A DNA stretch of 64,000 nt, taken from the NCBI GenBank assembly GCA_966210885.1, contig CBIHLQ010000004.1:13620-77619 (forward strand), read 5' to 3'. This DNA is from an uncultured Pseudomonas sp. Its GTDB lineage: Bacteria; Pseudomonadota; Gammaproteobacteria; Pseudomonadales; Pseudomonadaceae. A program made the position numbers and the translations under genes. The stretch's first letter is position 1, and each line of letters opens with the position of its first letter. Shown here piece by piece: positions 38,401 to 49,309 of the stretch. The notes beneath the pieces were generated by a model, which searched no databases, was not told the origin of the DNA, and saw only the letters and a program-made list of their open reading frames with translations.

Positions 38401-38550
38401 GCTGGCTTGCACGGTGATCGCCGGAAAATCCATCTTCGGCAGCGGCGCCACCGGCAACAGGCCGAAGCTGACGCCGCCGAGCAGCAGGATCGCCAAGCTC
38501 AGCAGCAGCGTGGCGACCGGGCGCAGGATAAAGGGCGCGGACAGGTTCAC
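35446..38550 (-). CDS. mdtC: RND transporter MdtC/MuxC
   Basis: GTG start [39 protein letters not shown]. Confidence 0.92.
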   Translation of the reverse strand: MNLSAPFILRPVATLLLSLAILLLGGVSFGLLPVAPLPKMDFPAITVQASLPGASPQVMAATVATPLERSLGTIAGISEMTSRSSQGSTRIILLFDIDRDIDAAAREVQAAINAARKLLPSGMRTMPSYRKVNPSQAPIMVLSLTSEVLNKGQLYDVASTILAQKLSQVSGVGEVQIGGSSLPAVRVSLQPRLLDQYNIALDEVRQAIADATGQRPKGAVENDARHWQVQANDQLERAADYAPLIVRQENGASVRLGDVASVVDGVEDRYNSGFYNDNEAVLLVVNRQSGANIIETIADIRAQLPALREVIPASVKLEVAMDRSPVIRATLHEAERTLLIAVALVILVVYAFLGRWRAALIPALAVPVSLVGAFAVMYLWDFSLNNLSLMALIIATGLVVDDAIVVLENISRHIENGETPMQAALKGSREVGFTLLSMNLSLVAVFVSILFVGGIAERLFREFSITLAVAIIISLLVSLTLTPMLCARWLKAEEKRAPGPLQRFGARLQTRVLDGYRRSLEWALAHSRLMLFGLLATIGLNVYLYVAVPKTFMPQQDTGQLIGFIRGDDGLSFQVMQPKMEIYRRAVLADPAVESVAGFIGGNGGINNAFMIVRLKPIDERGVSAQEVIERLRKSVPKVPGGRMFLMPDQDLQFGGRQGRSSDNEYVLLASDLEDLRVWLPKVRDALAALPELTDIDANEGEGAQQISLVIDRDTAKRLGVDMAMVTSVLNNAFSQRQIATIYDSLNQYSVVMEVDPRYAQSPEVLDQVQLIAADGSRVPLSTFARWERSLEEDRVNHQGQFAAESIGFSLAPDVTLEQASAAIEQAVARVGLPTEVQGLLGGTGGAFQQAAQGQPLMIFAALLVVYIVLGVLYESYIHPLTILSTLPSAGVGALLAILLVGGEFSLISLLGLFLLIGVVKKNAILMIDLALQLERQERLSPEESIRRACLLRFRPIIMTTLAAILGALPLILSSAEGAEMRQPLGIAIVGGLLLSQLLTLYTTPVVYLYFDRLRHRVNRWRGVRSDAALETPL

Positions 38551-38565
38551 GCCTCGGGCCCCGCT

Positions 38566-38632
38566 GTAGCCCGGATGCAATCCGGGGCAAGGTCTAACGG
38601 CCGATACCGCTCCCGGATTGCATCCGGGCTAC
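38566..38632. repeat. REP doublet between mdtB and mdtC
   Basis: GTAGCCCGGATGCAATCCGGG ... CCCGGATTGCATCCGGGCTAC perfect inverted pair. Confidence 0.9.
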
Positions 38633-38641
38633 GCAAAGCCC

Positions 38642-41600
38642 TCACACCGCCACCCCCGCGGCGCTGCGCCCACTGAAGCGCCGCGACAAGCGATCGAAAT
38701 ACAGATAGATCACCGGCGTGGTGAACAGCGTCAGCACCTGGCTGACCAGCAGGCCGCCAACCATCACCAGGCCCAGCGGCTGGCGCAGCTCGGCGCCGGA
38801 GCCGCTGGCGAGCATCAGCGGCACGGCGCCGAACAGCGCCGCCAGGGTGGTCATCAGGATCGGGCGGAAACGCAGCAATGCGGCTTGGTAGATCGCCGCC
38901 TCGGGCGCCATGCCCTGGTTGCGTTCGGCGTCGAGGGCGAAGTCGATCATCATGATCGCGTTCTTTTTGACGATGCCGATCAGCAGGATGATGCCGATGA
39001 TCGCGATCAGGCCCAGGTCATTGCCGGTCAGCAGCAACGCCAGCAGCGCGCCAACGCCGGCCGAAGGCAGCGTGGAGAGAATGGTGATCGGGTGGATAAA
39101 GCTCTCGTAGAGCACGCCGAGCACGATATACATGGTGACGATGGCGGCGAGGATCAGCAGCAGCGTGCTCGACAGCGAGGCGCGGAACGCCTCGGCGGCG
39201 CCCTGGAATTTGCTCTGAATGCCGCCCGGCAAGCCGATTTGCGCCTGCACCCGCTCGATCACTTCAACCGCCTCGCCCAGGGCGACGCCGGGCGCCAGGT
39301 TGAACGACAGCGTCGCCGCCGGGAACTGGCCGATATGGTTGATCAGCAGGCGCGTGGCGCGCTGCTCGATGCGCGCCAGCGACGACAACGGCACCTGGGA
39401 GCCATCGGCGGTGGCCACATGTACCTGGTGCAGCGCGTCCGGGCCAAGACGGTCGGCGGCCTGGGTTTCCAGCACCACGCGGTACTGGCTGGCCTGGGTG
39501 AAGATGGTCGAAATCTGCCGCTGGCCGAAGGCATCGTAGAGCGCGTTGTCGATGTCAGCGACGCTGACGCCGAGGCGCCCCGCCACGTCGCGGTCGATAT
39601 CGAGAAACACCTGCAAACCACGGTTCTGCAAGTCGCTGGCGACATCGGTGAGCTGCGGCTGCTGGCGCAGCGCCTCGACCAGTTTCGGCGTCCAGGCTTC
39701 CAGCAGCTCGGTGTCCGGCGATTCCAGGCTGAACTGGAACTGGGTACGACTGACCCGGTCCTCGATGGTCAGGTCCTGCACCGGTTGCAGGTACAGCTGG
39801 ATGCCGGGCAGCGCCGCCAGTTGCGGGCGCAGGCGCTCGATCACTGCACTGGCGGTGACCTCACGTTCGCCGTGGGGCTTGAGGTTGATCAGCAGACGGC
39901 CGCTGTTCAGCGTCGGGTTGTCGCCGTCGACGCCGATATAGGACGACAGGCTGGCCACCGCCGGATCCTTGAGGATCACCTCGGCGAGTTGCTGCTGGCG
40001 TTCGCTCATGGCGCGGAACGAGACCGTCTGCGGCGCCTCGGAGATGCCCTGGATCAGCCCGGTGTCCTGCACCGGGAAAAAGCCCTTGGGCACCGCCAGG
40101 TACAGCAGCACGGTGAGGCCGAGGGTGGCCACGGCGGCCAATAGAGTCAGCGCCTGATGCCGCAACACCCACTGCAAGCCCTGGCCGTAGCGTTCGATCA
40201 TGCCGTCGATAAAGGCGCCAGCCGCGCGGTAGAAACGGCCCTGCTCTTGCTCTTTTTCCGCTTTGAGCAGGCGCGCGCACATCATCGGCGTCAGCGTCAG
40301 CGAAATCACCAGGGAGATCAGGATCGCCACCGCCAGGGTAATGGCGAACTCGCGGAACAGCCGCCCGACCACATCGGCCATAAACAGCAGCGGGATCAGG
40401 ACCGCGATCAACGAGAAGGTCAGCGAGATCAGGGTGAAGCCGATCTGCTTGGCACCCTTGAGCGCGGCGTTCAGCGGCGTCTCGCCCTCCTCCAGGTGGC
40501 GGGCGATGTTCTCCAGCATGACGATGGCGTCGTCGACCACGAAACCGGTGGCGATGGTCAGGGCCATCAGCGTCAGGTTGTTGATCGAGAATCCGGCCAG
40601 GTACATCACGCCGAAAGTGCCGATCAGCGACAGCGGCACGACGATCGACGGGATCAGCGTGGCCGACAGCTTGCGCAGAAACAGGAAGGTCACCAGCACC
40701 ACCAGCGCCACCGCCAGCAACAGCTCGAACTGCACATCGTGCACCGCCGCGCGAATGGTCTGGGTGCGGTCGCTGAGTACAACCACGTCGACATTGGCCG
40801 GCAGGCCGGCGGTGATCTGCGGCAGCAATTGCTGGATGCGCTCGACCACCTCGATCACATTGGCGCCGGGCTGGCGCTGGATATTCAGCAGCACCGCCTG
40901 CTGGCGGTTGGCCCAGGCGGCCAGGCGCTCGTTCTCCGCGCCGTCGACGATCTGCGCCACGTCCTTCAAGCGCAGCGCGGCGCCGTTCTGGTAGCTGACG
41001 ATCAGCTCGCGGTATTCCTCGGCGGATTTGAGCTGGTCGTTGGCGTCGAGTTGCGACACCCGGGTCGGGCCGTCGAAGTTGCCTTTTGGCTGGTTGACGT
41101 TGGATTTGCCAATCAGCGTGCGCACGTCGGACAGGTTCAGCCCATAGGCGGCCAGGGCCTCGGGATTGACCCGGATGCGCACCGCCGGACGCTGGCCGCC
41201 GGCCAGGGTGACCAGACCGACGCCGCTGATCTGCGCGATCTTCTGCGCCATGCGCGTGTCGATCAGGTCGTGTACCTGCGGCAAAGGCAGGGTTTCCGAG
41301 GTGATCGCCAGGGTCAGCACCGGGGTGTCGGCCGGGTTGACCTTGTTGTACACCGGCGGCGCCGGCAGGTCGTTGGGCAGCAGATTAGTCGCGCCGTTGA
41401 TCGCCGCCTGCACTTCCTGCTCGGCGATATCCAACTCCACTTCCAGGTTGAAGCGCAGGGTGATCACCGAGGCGCCACCAGAGCTGGTCGAGGACATTTG
41501 CTTGAGCCCCGGCATCTGCCCCAACTGGCGCTCCAACGGCGCGGTCACCGCGCTGGTCATCACCTCGGGGCTGGCGCCGGGGTACAGCGTCAGCACGCGA

Positions 41601-41734
41601 ATAGTCGGGTAGTCCACCTCGGGCAAGGCCGATACCGGCAACAGGCGGTAGGCGATGATGCCGCTGAGGAATATCGCCAGCATGATCAGCGTGGTGGCGA
41701 CCGGTCGCAGGATAAAGGTGCGCGAGAGGTTCAT
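38642..41734 (-). CDS. mdtB: RND transporter MdtB/MuxB
   Basis: [40 protein letters not shown]. Confidence 0.94.
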   Translation of the reverse strand: MNLSRTFILRPVATTLIMLAIFLSGIIAYRLLPVSALPEVDYPTIRVLTLYPGASPEVMTSAVTAPLERQLGQMPGLKQMSSTSSGGASVITLRFNLEVELDIAEQEVQAAINGATNLLPNDLPAPPVYNKVNPADTPVLTLAITSETLPLPQVHDLIDTRMAQKIAQISGVGLVTLAGGQRPAVRIRVNPEALAAYGLNLSDVRTLIGKSNVNQPKGNFDGPTRVSQLDANDQLKSAEEYRELIVSYQNGAALRLKDVAQIVDGAENERLAAWANRQQAVLLNIQRQPGANVIEVVERIQQLLPQITAGLPANVDVVVLSDRTQTIRAAVHDVQFELLLAVALVVLVTFLFLRKLSATLIPSIVVPLSLIGTFGVMYLAGFSINNLTLMALTIATGFVVDDAIVMLENIARHLEEGETPLNAALKGAKQIGFTLISLTFSLIAVLIPLLFMADVVGRLFREFAITLAVAILISLVISLTLTPMMCARLLKAEKEQEQGRFYRAAGAFIDGMIERYGQGLQWVLRHQALTLLAAVATLGLTVLLYLAVPKGFFPVQDTGLIQGISEAPQTVSFRAMSERQQQLAEVILKDPAVASLSSYIGVDGDNPTLNSGRLLINLKPHGEREVTASAVIERLRPQLAALPGIQLYLQPVQDLTIEDRVSRTQFQFSLESPDTELLEAWTPKLVEALRQQPQLTDVASDLQNRGLQVFLDIDRDVAGRLGVSVADIDNALYDAFGQRQISTIFTQASQYRVVLETQAADRLGPDALHQVHVATADGSQVPLSSLARIEQRATRLLINHIGQFPAATLSFNLAPGVALGEAVEVIERVQAQIGLPGGIQSKFQGAAEAFRASLSSTLLLILAAIVTMYIVLGVLYESFIHPITILSTLPSAGVGALLALLLTGNDLGLIAIIGIILLIGIVKKNAIMMIDFALDAERNQGMAPEAAIYQAALLRFRPILMTTLAALFGAVPLMLASGSGAELRQPLGLVMVGGLLVSQVLTLFTTPVIYLYFDRLSRRFSGRSAAGVAV

Positions 41735-42954
41735 GCGTCGCGCTTCGGCCGCTTGCCGGCTTCAGGTTTGGCGACTGCCGGCTGATCGCCGATAACCTCG
41801 ACCTTGGCGCCATCCTTGAGCCGGTCGGTGCCTTCCAGCACCAGGCGGTCGCCAACCGCGACGCCGCTTTCGATCAGGGTGTTCTCACCGTCGCTGGGGC
41901 CCGCCTGCACCGGCGTCACGGCGACCGTCGAATCATCCTTGAGCAGGTAAACGAAGGTGCCGCGGGAGCCGTATTGCAGCGCCGCCGAGGGAATCAGCGT
42001 GGCCTGCTCGCGGGTGCGCACGCGCAGGCGCACGTTGACGAACTGGTTGGGGAACAGGGTTTCCTCGGCATTCTCGAAACGCGCCTTGAGCTTGAGCGTG
42101 CCGGTGGTCAGGTCGATCTGGTTGTCCAGGCTTTGCAGGCTTCCCGCGGCCAGGCGCTGCTTCTCGCTGCGATCCCAGGCTTCCACCGTCAGCGCCTGCG
42201 GGTCCGCCTTGCGCGCCTGTTGCACTTGCGGCAGTTCGCCTTCCGGCAGGGTGAAGCTGACCGAGATCGGCTGGGTCTGGGTAATGGTCACCAGCGGCGT
42301 GGTATCGCCGGCGCTGATCAGGTTGCCGATGTCCACCTGGCGCAGACCGAGGCGACCATCGATGGGCGCGCGGATCTGGGTGAACTGCAGGTCGAGCTTG
42401 GCGTCGTTGACCGCCGCCTGGTTGGCCTTGACGGTGCCGCGGTACTGGTTGACCAACGCTTCCTGGGTGTCCAGGGTCTGCTTGGCGATGGAATCCTCGG
42501 CGTACAGGCCGCGATAGCGCTTGAGATCGATCTCGGCGTTCTGCAACTGCGCGCGGCTCTGCTGCAAGGCGCCCTCGGCCTGCTGCAAGGCAACTTCGTA
42601 GCGGCGCGGGTCGATCATCGCCAGCAGCTCGCCGGCCTTGACCCGTTGCCCCTCCTCGAACGACACCTTGACCAGCTCACCGTCGACGCGGCTGCGCACG
42701 TTCACCGTGTTGAACGCCGTCACGGTGCCGAGCGCCTTCAACTCGACGGCGAAATCGCCCTGCTCTGCCGGCGCCACCCGTACCGGCACCGGCCCGTTAT
42801 CGCCGAAACGACCGCGGCCGCCTTTCGGCTGCTCCGGCGGCTGCGGCCAGAGCCACCAGGCCAGCGCGATAGCGATAACCAACAGGACAAAACCGATCTG
42901 CCATTGGCGGTGCGGGCTTTGCGGTGAACGGGAGATGGCAGGAATTTCGGACAT
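41731..42954 (-). CDS. mdtA: RND membrane fusion protein MdtA/MuxA
   Basis: [37 protein letters not shown]; ATG 42954 has an AAGGAAG RBS. Confidence 0.9.
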   Translation of the reverse strand: MSEIPAISRSPQSPHRQWQIGFVLLVIAIALAWWLWPQPPEQPKGGRGRFGDNGPVPVRVAPAEQGDFAVELKALGTVTAFNTVNVRSRVDGELVKVSFEEGQRVKAGELLAMIDPRRYEVALQQAEGALQQSRAQLQNAEIDLKRYRGLYAEDSIAKQTLDTQEALVNQYRGTVKANQAAVNDAKLDLQFTQIRAPIDGRLGLRQVDIGNLISAGDTTPLVTITQTQPISVSFTLPEGELPQVQQARKADPQALTVEAWDRSEKQRLAAGSLQSLDNQIDLTTGTLKLKARFENAEETLFPNQFVNVRLRVRTREQATLIPSAALQYGSRGTFVYLLKDDSTVAVTPVQAGPSDGENTLIESGVAVGDRLVLEGTDRLKDGAKVEVIGDQPAVAKPEAGKRPKRDA

Positions 42955-43017
42955 GATGCGTATCGCTTCCTTGGGAAGCGTGAACGATAAGCAGTGGCGA
43001 CGACTAAGCAAAGCCTC

Positions 43018-43044
43018 TTTACCGGCTATTTACCTTCCACTTAC
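43018..43044 (-). promoter_or_regulatory. Candidate CpxR-type boxes upstream of mdtA/muxA
   Basis: Minus strand GTAAG-N6-GTAAA-N6-GTAAA, three repeats at 11 bp period. Confidence 0.55.
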
Positions 43045-43125
43045 GTTGCTAAGCCCCTGAGCTGGCGATAAAAACTTGCGACGACCGGGCGTTGCCTCGG
43101 AGTGTTGCCGGGTATTGCCGAGACA

Positions 43126-43280
43126 CGTAGGTTGGGTTAGCGGCAATAGGCATGGCCTTGGCCACGATGCGATCTAAGCTGCCGCGTAACCCAACAACGG
43201 TGTTCACCGCCATGGAGGGTTACGCCGCCCCTATATCGGCGGCCTATCCGAAACTTTGCTGGCGACTAACCCGCCCGGTT
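43126..43280. repeat. Degenerate REPIN of a further REP family
   Basis: GTAGGTTGGGTTAGCGGC...CCGCGTAACCCAAC...GGGTTACG...CTAACCC nested inverted segments. Confidence 0.55.
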
Positions 43281-43295
43281 CTATGGATCGCGCGC

Positions 43296-43323
43296 AAAAA
43301 AAACGGCCTACCGAAGTAGACCG
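43296..43323 (-). terminator. Rho-independent terminator of tpx
   Basis: Minus strand CGGTCTAC-TTCG-GTAGGCCG-T8 (cUUCGg loop). Confidence 0.88.
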
Positions 43324-43343
43324 TTGTTTGCTGCGTACCCGTG

Positions 43344-43844
43344 TTACTTGAGCACTGCCAGAGCCGCGTCGTAATTCGGCTCGCTGCCGATCTCGGCGAC
43401 CAGCTCGCTATGCAGCACCTTGTCGTTCTCGTCCAGCACCACCACGGCGCGGGCGGCGACGCCGGTCAGCGGTCCGCTTGCGATGGCAACGCCGTAGTCC
43501 TTGAGGAAGTCGGCACCACGCATGGTCGACAGGTTGGTCACGTTCTCCAGGCCTTCGGCACCACAGAAGCGCGCCTGGGCGAACGGCAGGTCGGCGGAAA
43601 TGCACAGCACCTGAGTGTTGGCCAGCTTGCTCGCCTCGGCGTTGAACTTGCGTACCGAAGTGGCGCAGGTCGGGGTATCGACGCTCGGGAAGATATTCAA
43701 CACCTTACGCTTGCCCGCCAGGCTGCTGAGGCTGACGTCGGCCAGGCCGGCGCCGACCAGGGTGAAAGCTGGCGCCTGCTGACCGGCTTGCGGCAACTGG
43801 CCAGCGACTTCGACCGGGGAACCTTTAAGGGTGACTTGTGCCAT
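43344..43844 (-). CDS. tpx: Thiol peroxidase (atypical 2-Cys peroxiredoxin)
   Basis: [36 protein letters not shown]. Confidence 0.97.
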   Translation of the reverse strand: MAQVTLKGSPVEVAGQLPQAGQQAPAFTLVGAGLADVSLSSLAGKRKVLNIFPSVDTPTCATSVRKFNAEASKLANTQVLCISADLPFAQARFCGAEGLENVTNLSTMRGADFLKDYGVAIASGPLTGVAARAVVVLDENDKVLHSELVAEIGSEPNYDAALAVLK

Positions 43845-43931
43845 GTGCTTAGATCCTTTCTACGGAATTGAATGCGGTGAACAAGTAAGGGCGCAGACTC
43901 GCCATTTGGCAAGCCCGCGCCGCCGGCCATA

Positions 43932-45320
43932 CTACCTGACCTGTGGGTCAGACTGCATGACGCGTCCGTAGGGCACATCGTTTTTCGCGAAATGATTGCG
44001 GGTCAGCTTGACCACGACCGGGCTGAGCAACAACAGCGACACCAGGTTGGGAATGGCCATCAAGCCGTTCAGGGTATCGGCTACCAGCCAGGCGAAATCG
44101 AGATGGGCAACGGCGCCGAACGGCACGGCCAGCACCCAGAGAATGCGGAACGGCAGAATCGCCTTGGTGCCGACCATGAATTCCCAGCACTTTTCGCCGA
44201 AGTAGCTCCAGCCGAGGATGGTGGTGAACGCGAAGACCACCAGGGCGATGGTCAGCACATAGCCGCCCACGCCTGGCATCGCTGCTTCGAACGCCGCCGC
44301 CGACAATGCCGCACCGCTAACGCCGCTGGTCCAGACGCCGGAGGTGATGATTGCCAAACCGGTCAGGCTGCAGATGACGATGGTGTCAATAAAGGTACCG
44401 AGCATGCCGATCATCCCCGACCGCACCGAGCTATTGGTGGTGCCCGCCGCTTGCGCGATACCGGCAGTGCCCAGGCCCGCCTCGTTGGAGAAAATCCCGC
44501 GGGCGACACCGAAGCGGATCGCCGCCATCACCGCCGCACCGGCGAAACCGCCGGTCGCGGCGATCGGGGTGAAGGCATAGGTGAAGATCATTTCGAAGGC
44601 CGCGGGAATCTGCGCCGCGTTGACCGCCAGCACTACGATGGCGGCGACTATGTAGGCCACGCACATGAACGGCACCAGGGTCGCGGCGACCTTGCCGATA
44701 CGCTTGATGCCGCCGAGAATGACCAGGCCGACGAAGACCATGGTGACCAGGCCGGTCACCCACAGCGGTACGTTGAAGGTGGTCTCGAGTGCCGCGGCCA
44801 TGCTGTTGACCTGCACCATGTTGCCGATACCGAAACCGGCCAGACCGCCGAAAATCGCGAAGGCGGTGCCGAGCCACAGCCACTTCTTACCCAGACCGTT
44901 CTTGATCGCATACATCGGCCCGCCGACATGCTCGCCGTTGTCGTCCTTCTCGCGGTAATGCACCGCCAGCACCACTTCGCAGTACTTGGTGGCCATACCC
45001 ACCAATGCGGTGCACCACATCCAGAACAGCGCGCCGGGGCCGCCGAGGAAAATCGCCGTGGCCACACCGGCGATATTGCCGGTACCCACGGTGGCCGCCA
45101 GGCAGGTCATCAGCGCCTGAAACGGGCTGATCTCGCCGCTTTCGGCATCGTCTTTCTTGCGTCCCTGCCACATCAAACTGAAGCCGGCGCCTATTTTGGC
45201 AAGCGGCATGAACTTCAAACGCAACATCAAGAACAAACCGGTGCCGAGGATCAGCACCAACATGGGCGGGCCCCAGACGAGGCCATTGAGACTGTTCACC
45301 AAGGTATTGAGGGTTTCCAT
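43932..45320 (-). CDS. Alanine/glycine:cation symporter (AGCS family)
   Basis: AATVGTGNIAGVA, GGPGALFWMW, ARGIFSNEAGLG. Confidence 0.95.
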   Translation of the reverse strand: METLNTLVNSLNGLVWGPPMLVLILGTGLFLMLRLKFMPLAKIGAGFSLMWQGRKKDDAESGEISPFQALMTCLAATVGTGNIAGVATAIFLGGPGALFWMWCTALVGMATKYCEVVLAVHYREKDDNGEHVGGPMYAIKNGLGKKWLWLGTAFAIFGGLAGFGIGNMVQVNSMAAALETTFNVPLWVTGLVTMVFVGLVILGGIKRIGKVAATLVPFMCVAYIVAAIVVLAVNAAQIPAAFEMIFTYAFTPIAATGGFAGAAVMAAIRFGVARGIFSNEAGLGTAGIAQAAGTTNSSVRSGMIGMLGTFIDTIVICSLTGLAIITSGVWTSGVSGAALSAAAFEAAMPGVGGYVLTIALVVFAFTTILGWSYFGEKCWEFMVGTKAILPFRILWVLAVPFGAVAHLDFAWLVADTLNGLMAIPNLVSLLLLSPVVVKLTRNHFAKNDVPYGRVMQSDPQVR

Positions 45321-45640
45321 GTGCCTTCCTTATTTTTGTAATGACGCGAGGTTAGATACCCATCGCTTGCTCCGACTGCCGGGTAGGCGAACTGCGTAAC
45401 CTGCACATCGGTATGCGCGGATCACTGCAGTGAGTCGGGCAAAACCCGAGCGCCGCATAAGGGCTACTCGGGTACTTAGGGGACGTCAGTATATGAAGAG
45501 TTTCACAGGGGAATTATTCGTTTAAACCGAAAAATCCAGGCGGATTACTTGAAAAAATTGCTTAAAACTAATTGAAATTTAATGCTTATTACAAAAATGC
45601 AGCATATTTGCCATGTAAGTGCGCATTAGTGCGGGTTTCG

Positions 45641-48600
45641 TCAGAAATCGCGGCGGTAAAACAGGTCCAGGGAACTGGCCAAGCCGCTGGCGGCCTCGAG
45701 ATAGAGCCGTTTGCTCAGTTCATAACGCAGTGCGATGGTGCTCGCCGGCTCGAATACCCCGACCCCATAGCGCAGACTCAGCCGCTCGGATAGCTCGCCG
45801 CTGGCCACCACACTGGTGGTCACGCCGCTGCCTTCGGTGTCCAGCTGGAAATTTTCGATGCCCAAGGCGCCGGCTACCGTACTGGTCAGGGGTTTGCTGC
45901 CGGCCAGCCCCATCGCCAGGGCCGCTTGCGCCAGGAGATTGCTGTCGCCGGCGCTTTGCCCCAGCGGGCGACCGAGCACCAGGTAGGACAAGGCTTGCTC
46001 CTGGCTCATCGCCGGTTCGGAAAACACCTCGGTTTTCGGTTGCTCGGCATTGCCGGTCAAGCGCAAACCCACGGTCACATCGTCGACCTTACGGATCGCT
46101 TCTATATCGAGGAACGGCTGATCGATCGGGCCGGCGAATAGCAAACGCGCCCGGCGGAAGCTCAAGCGCTGACCATAGGCACGAAAGCGTCCATTTTCCA
46201 GGCGCAATACGCCGCGGGCGTCGAGGTCATCGCCGATATGAATGCGCCCGGCCAGATCGGCGGTCAGGCCAAAACCGCTGAACATCAAACGATCCTCGCC
46301 GACGATGACCTCGATATCCATGGCGATCTCCAAGGGTTGCCGCTCGGCTTCCTCCTGCCCGACGATTTGCGCGTCCGGGGAGACCTTGACGGTCGACGGC
46401 GGCAGCTCGCGAATGACGATACTGCCGCGCTGGATCGCCACTTGACCGCTTATCGCCAGCTTCTGCTCGGCAAGCGTCACGCGCAGATCCGGCGCCACTT
46501 CGATATCGGCATAGGGCTCGATATTGACCGGCAAGCGGCTGCCCGTGACGCGCAACTCGCCGCGCAGCGCATCGCCCCAGGCCAACCCTCCCTCGAGCCG
46601 GCCCTGGCCGCTTTCGCCGCTGCGCCAACTGCCGTTGAGCTGCAGGCTTTCGCCGGCGATCCGTGCTTCGAGCTCGAGGTCGTCGACGCGGGTCGGCAAT
46701 TGGCTGCCGGCTATCTCGCCCTCGCTCAAGCGCACCAGACCGTCGATGCGCGGTGCGGTCAGGGTGCCGTCGAGGCTGCCCTCGCCGTTCAACTGTCCGC
46801 CCAGATGTTCGACCAGCGGCAGGAACGGCCGCGCCAGGGCCAGTTGCAAACCCTGCAAACGAAAGGTGCCGGACAGCGGTTTATCCGCCGGCCGCGGGTC
46901 GAGTTGCGCGCGTAACGCCAGGCTGCCGATTCTCGGCCCGTTCAGGTCGAGGGTGGCATCGACGCTTTGCGGTTGCAGTTGCGCCTTCAGGCTCAGCTCG
47001 TCGTAGGCAAAATCCAGCCATTGCTGCTGTTCGCGTATGCGCCAGGTGCCGCTGCCGGCATCCACGCGTATTTCGCCGCGGGGCCCGGCATCCGTCAGGT
47101 CGAGCTGCAACACGCCGTCCAGTTGACCTTGCCAGGCGAAATCCTCGGGAAACCAGGGGCTCAGGCTGTCGAGCGGAAAGTTCGCCAAGCGGTAGCGCAA
47201 TTGCGGCTCGGGCAGCAGGCGTTGGTCTTCGGCGCACAGGCTGGCCGCGCCCGAGCGCCAACAGTGCGCTCCCAGTTCGAGCTGGCCATCGGCTCGGCGC
47301 AGCATGGGCGCAGGCTCCTGCAACTGCCAGCGCTGGTCGGCCATTTGCAACTCGGCGCTGCTCAAGCGCCCGCGCCAGATCTGGTCTTGCAACTGGCCGT
47401 CGGCGGCCAGGCTGGCATCCAGGGCGGGACCGTCGAGGCTCAGACTCAGCTGCTGTCGTTGCAGATCGCCCTGCCCGTTCAGGGCCAATTGCCCGAAACG
47501 GGTTTCGCCGACGGCCAGCCCCCGGGCCAGCGCCTCGATCTGCGCGCGTTGCGCATCGCTCAGGCTGGCATCCAGTTGCAGGCTTTGCATCCTTGTGTCG
47601 GCGAAGGCCAAGCCCTGGCCTTGCAGCGTCAAGTGTCCCGCCGGGGCCTGAAGCGTGCCGCGCAGCCCGAGTTCGCCGCTCAAGCGGCCTTGCAGCCCCG
47701 GCCATAACTGGCCCAACTTGGGCATAGCCAGACGTAATTGGCCGCTCAGGCCCGCGGCGCGGGCAAGCTCGCCGTCGATACGATTGTCGCCCAGACGCAG
47801 CGCGAGCTCGTCCAGCGTCCATTGCTCGCCGGTGCCGGCAAGCTGCGCCTGCAACAGCGCCGGGTGACCGCGCAGGTCACCGGCGATATCCACTGTGGCG
47901 CTCAGCGATAGCTGCCCCTGGTGCAGCTGTCCCTGGCTGCTTATCGGGCCGCCCAGGGTGCCGGGCAATTGCGCGAGCCAATAGGCGGGGTTGAAATCGC
48001 TCAAGTCGATTTGCGCATCCCAACGGATACCCTCGGCGAAGCCCAGGCTCAGGCGCCCATCGGCTTGGCCCGGCCCCGCGCGCAATTTCAAATCGGGCAA
48101 ATACAGCTGTTGCAGGTCGCCGCTGAGCGGGCTGCTGAAGCTGAAGGCGCCGGCCGGGCCATCCAGTTCGGCGACGACATTGCCCAGGTAGTTGCCATCG
48201 TCGTAGCTCAGATCGGCGGTCAGGTGGCGCAGCTGCACCTGGGGTTCTTGCGCGAGCGGATACAAGCGGCGCCAGGGGAAATTCTCCCAGAGCAAATGGC
48301 TGTCGGCGCTGAACCCGTCGCGCCAATTCAACTCGCCGCTGAGCTGAACGTATTGCTCTTCGTCCGCGCTCAGCTTCAGCGCGTCGATGCGCGCGCCCTC
48401 GGCATCCGCCACGCCCAGCAAGGTCAGGGCCACCGCGCCGCCTTCGCCGGGCAGCTCGGCGTTACCGCTGAGCTGATAGCCGCTGGCCAGATCGCCCTGG
48501 GCATCCAGGCGCAAGTCGTTCAGGCGCAGGGTGTCGGGCAGTTCGGCGCTGGGTTTGAAGTCGTCCAGGCGCAGTTGGGCGCGAGCGGGAAGGTTCTCCA

Positions 48601-49309
48601 GCAGCGGTTGCACTTCGGCGACCAAGCGCCCGTCCAGATAGCCGCTGCTGTCCGCGGTCAACAGCACGCTTTGCCTGAGGTTGCCGCCGACCTGCACGAC
48701 AACTTGCCACGGCTGCGCTTGCGGTGCGGGCAGCTTCAAGGTGCCGGCGAGGTCCAGCGGCCAATTGCCCTGGGCTTGCAGGCTGCCATGCAGGTCGAGG
48801 CTCAGGTCTTCACGCTGCGCACGCAGGTTGTCGATCTGCAAGCCGCTGGCCGTCCACTGGGCGTCTAGTTGCAGGTTCTGCAATTGCTCGTCGCCATCGA
48901 TTTGCAGACTGCCGATACGCACCTGGTTCAGTTGCAGGGCCAACGGCAGGTCGATATCCGGCAGCATCGGCTTACTGTCACTAGCCGGTTCGCTCGGCGC
49001 CATGTCCACGGCGATGCGTTCGGCCTGCAGGCGCTCGACGCAGAGCGTCAGACGCCACAGGCAGGACGGCGACCAGTCGACTACGGGCTCCTCGAGCCTC
49101 ACCTGGCTTTCGCCTTGCTGCCAAAGCAGCAGATCCGCCCGCCAGTAGCCGCCCAGACGACCGTCGAACCGCTGCACCTGTAACCCCGGCACTTGCGCCA
49201 GCAGCCAACGGCTACCGCTCTGGCTGCCGAGCAGCACGGCAACGGCAACCGCCAGCACCAGGACCAGCGCCAGCAGGCCGAGCAAGGCAACTTTCAGCGC
49301 CCGCCTCAC
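45641..49309 (-). CDS. tamB: Translocation and assembly module TamB
   Basis: GTG at 49309 overlaps the tamA stop; N-terminal TM, beta-rich body, DUF490-like C-terminus (LSYLVLGRP, LDLFYRRDF). Confidence 0.9.
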   Translation of the reverse strand: MRRALKVALLGLLALVLVLAVAVAVLLGSQSGSRWLLAQVPGLQVQRFDGRLGGYWRADLLLWQQGESQVRLEEPVVDWSPSCLWRLTLCVERLQAERIAVDMAPSEPASDSKPMLPDIDLPLALQLNQVRIGSLQIDGDEQLQNLQLDAQWTASGLQIDNLRAQREDLSLDLHGSLQAQGNWPLDLAGTLKLPAPQAQPWQVVVQVGGNLRQSVLLTADSSGYLDGRLVAEVQPLLENLPARAQLRLDDFKPSAELPDTLRLNDLRLDAQGDLASGYQLSGNAELPGEGGAVALTLLGVADAEGARIDALKLSADEEQYVQLSGELNWRDGFSADSHLLWENFPWRRLYPLAQEPQVQLRHLTADLSYDDGNYLGNVVAELDGPAGAFSFSSPLSGDLQQLYLPDLKLRAGPGQADGRLSLGFAEGIRWDAQIDLSDFNPAYWLAQLPGTLGGPISSQGQLHQGQLSLSATVDIAGDLRGHPALLQAQLAGTGEQWTLDELALRLGDNRIDGELARAAGLSGQLRLAMPKLGQLWPGLQGRLSGELGLRGTLQAPAGHLTLQGQGLAFADTRMQSLQLDASLSDAQRAQIEALARGLAVGETRFGQLALNGQGDLQRQQLSLSLDGPALDASLAADGQLQDQIWRGRLSSAELQMADQRWQLQEPAPMLRRADGQLELGAHCWRSGAASLCAEDQRLLPEPQLRYRLANFPLDSLSPWFPEDFAWQGQLDGVLQLDLTDAGPRGEIRVDAGSGTWRIREQQQWLDFAYDELSLKAQLQPQSVDATLDLNGPRIGSLALRAQLDPRPADKPLSGTFRLQGLQLALARPFLPLVEHLGGQLNGEGSLDGTLTAPRIDGLVRLSEGEIAGSQLPTRVDDLELEARIAGESLQLNGSWRSGESGQGRLEGGLAWGDALRGELRVTGSRLPVNIEPYADIEVAPDLRVTLAEQKLAISGQVAIQRGSIVIRELPPSTVKVSPDAQIVGQEEAERQPLEIAMDIEVIVGEDRLMFSGFGLTADLAGRIHIGDDLDARGVLRLENGRFRAYGQRLSFRRARLLFAGPIDQPFLDIEAIRKVDDVTVGLRLTGNAEQPKTEVFSEPAMSQEQALSYLVLGRPLGQSAGDSNLLAQAALAMGLAGSKPLTSTVAGALGIENFQLDTEGSGVTTSVVASGELSERLSLRYGVGVFEPASTIALRYELSKRLYLEAASGLASSLDLFYRRDF

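Noticed and set aside
45321-45640. Glycine riboswitch upstream of the alanine/glycine symporter
   Set aside because: No GGAGA...CCGAAG...CTCTCAGG signature on the minus strand; only an AT-rich promoter region and an A-rich leader
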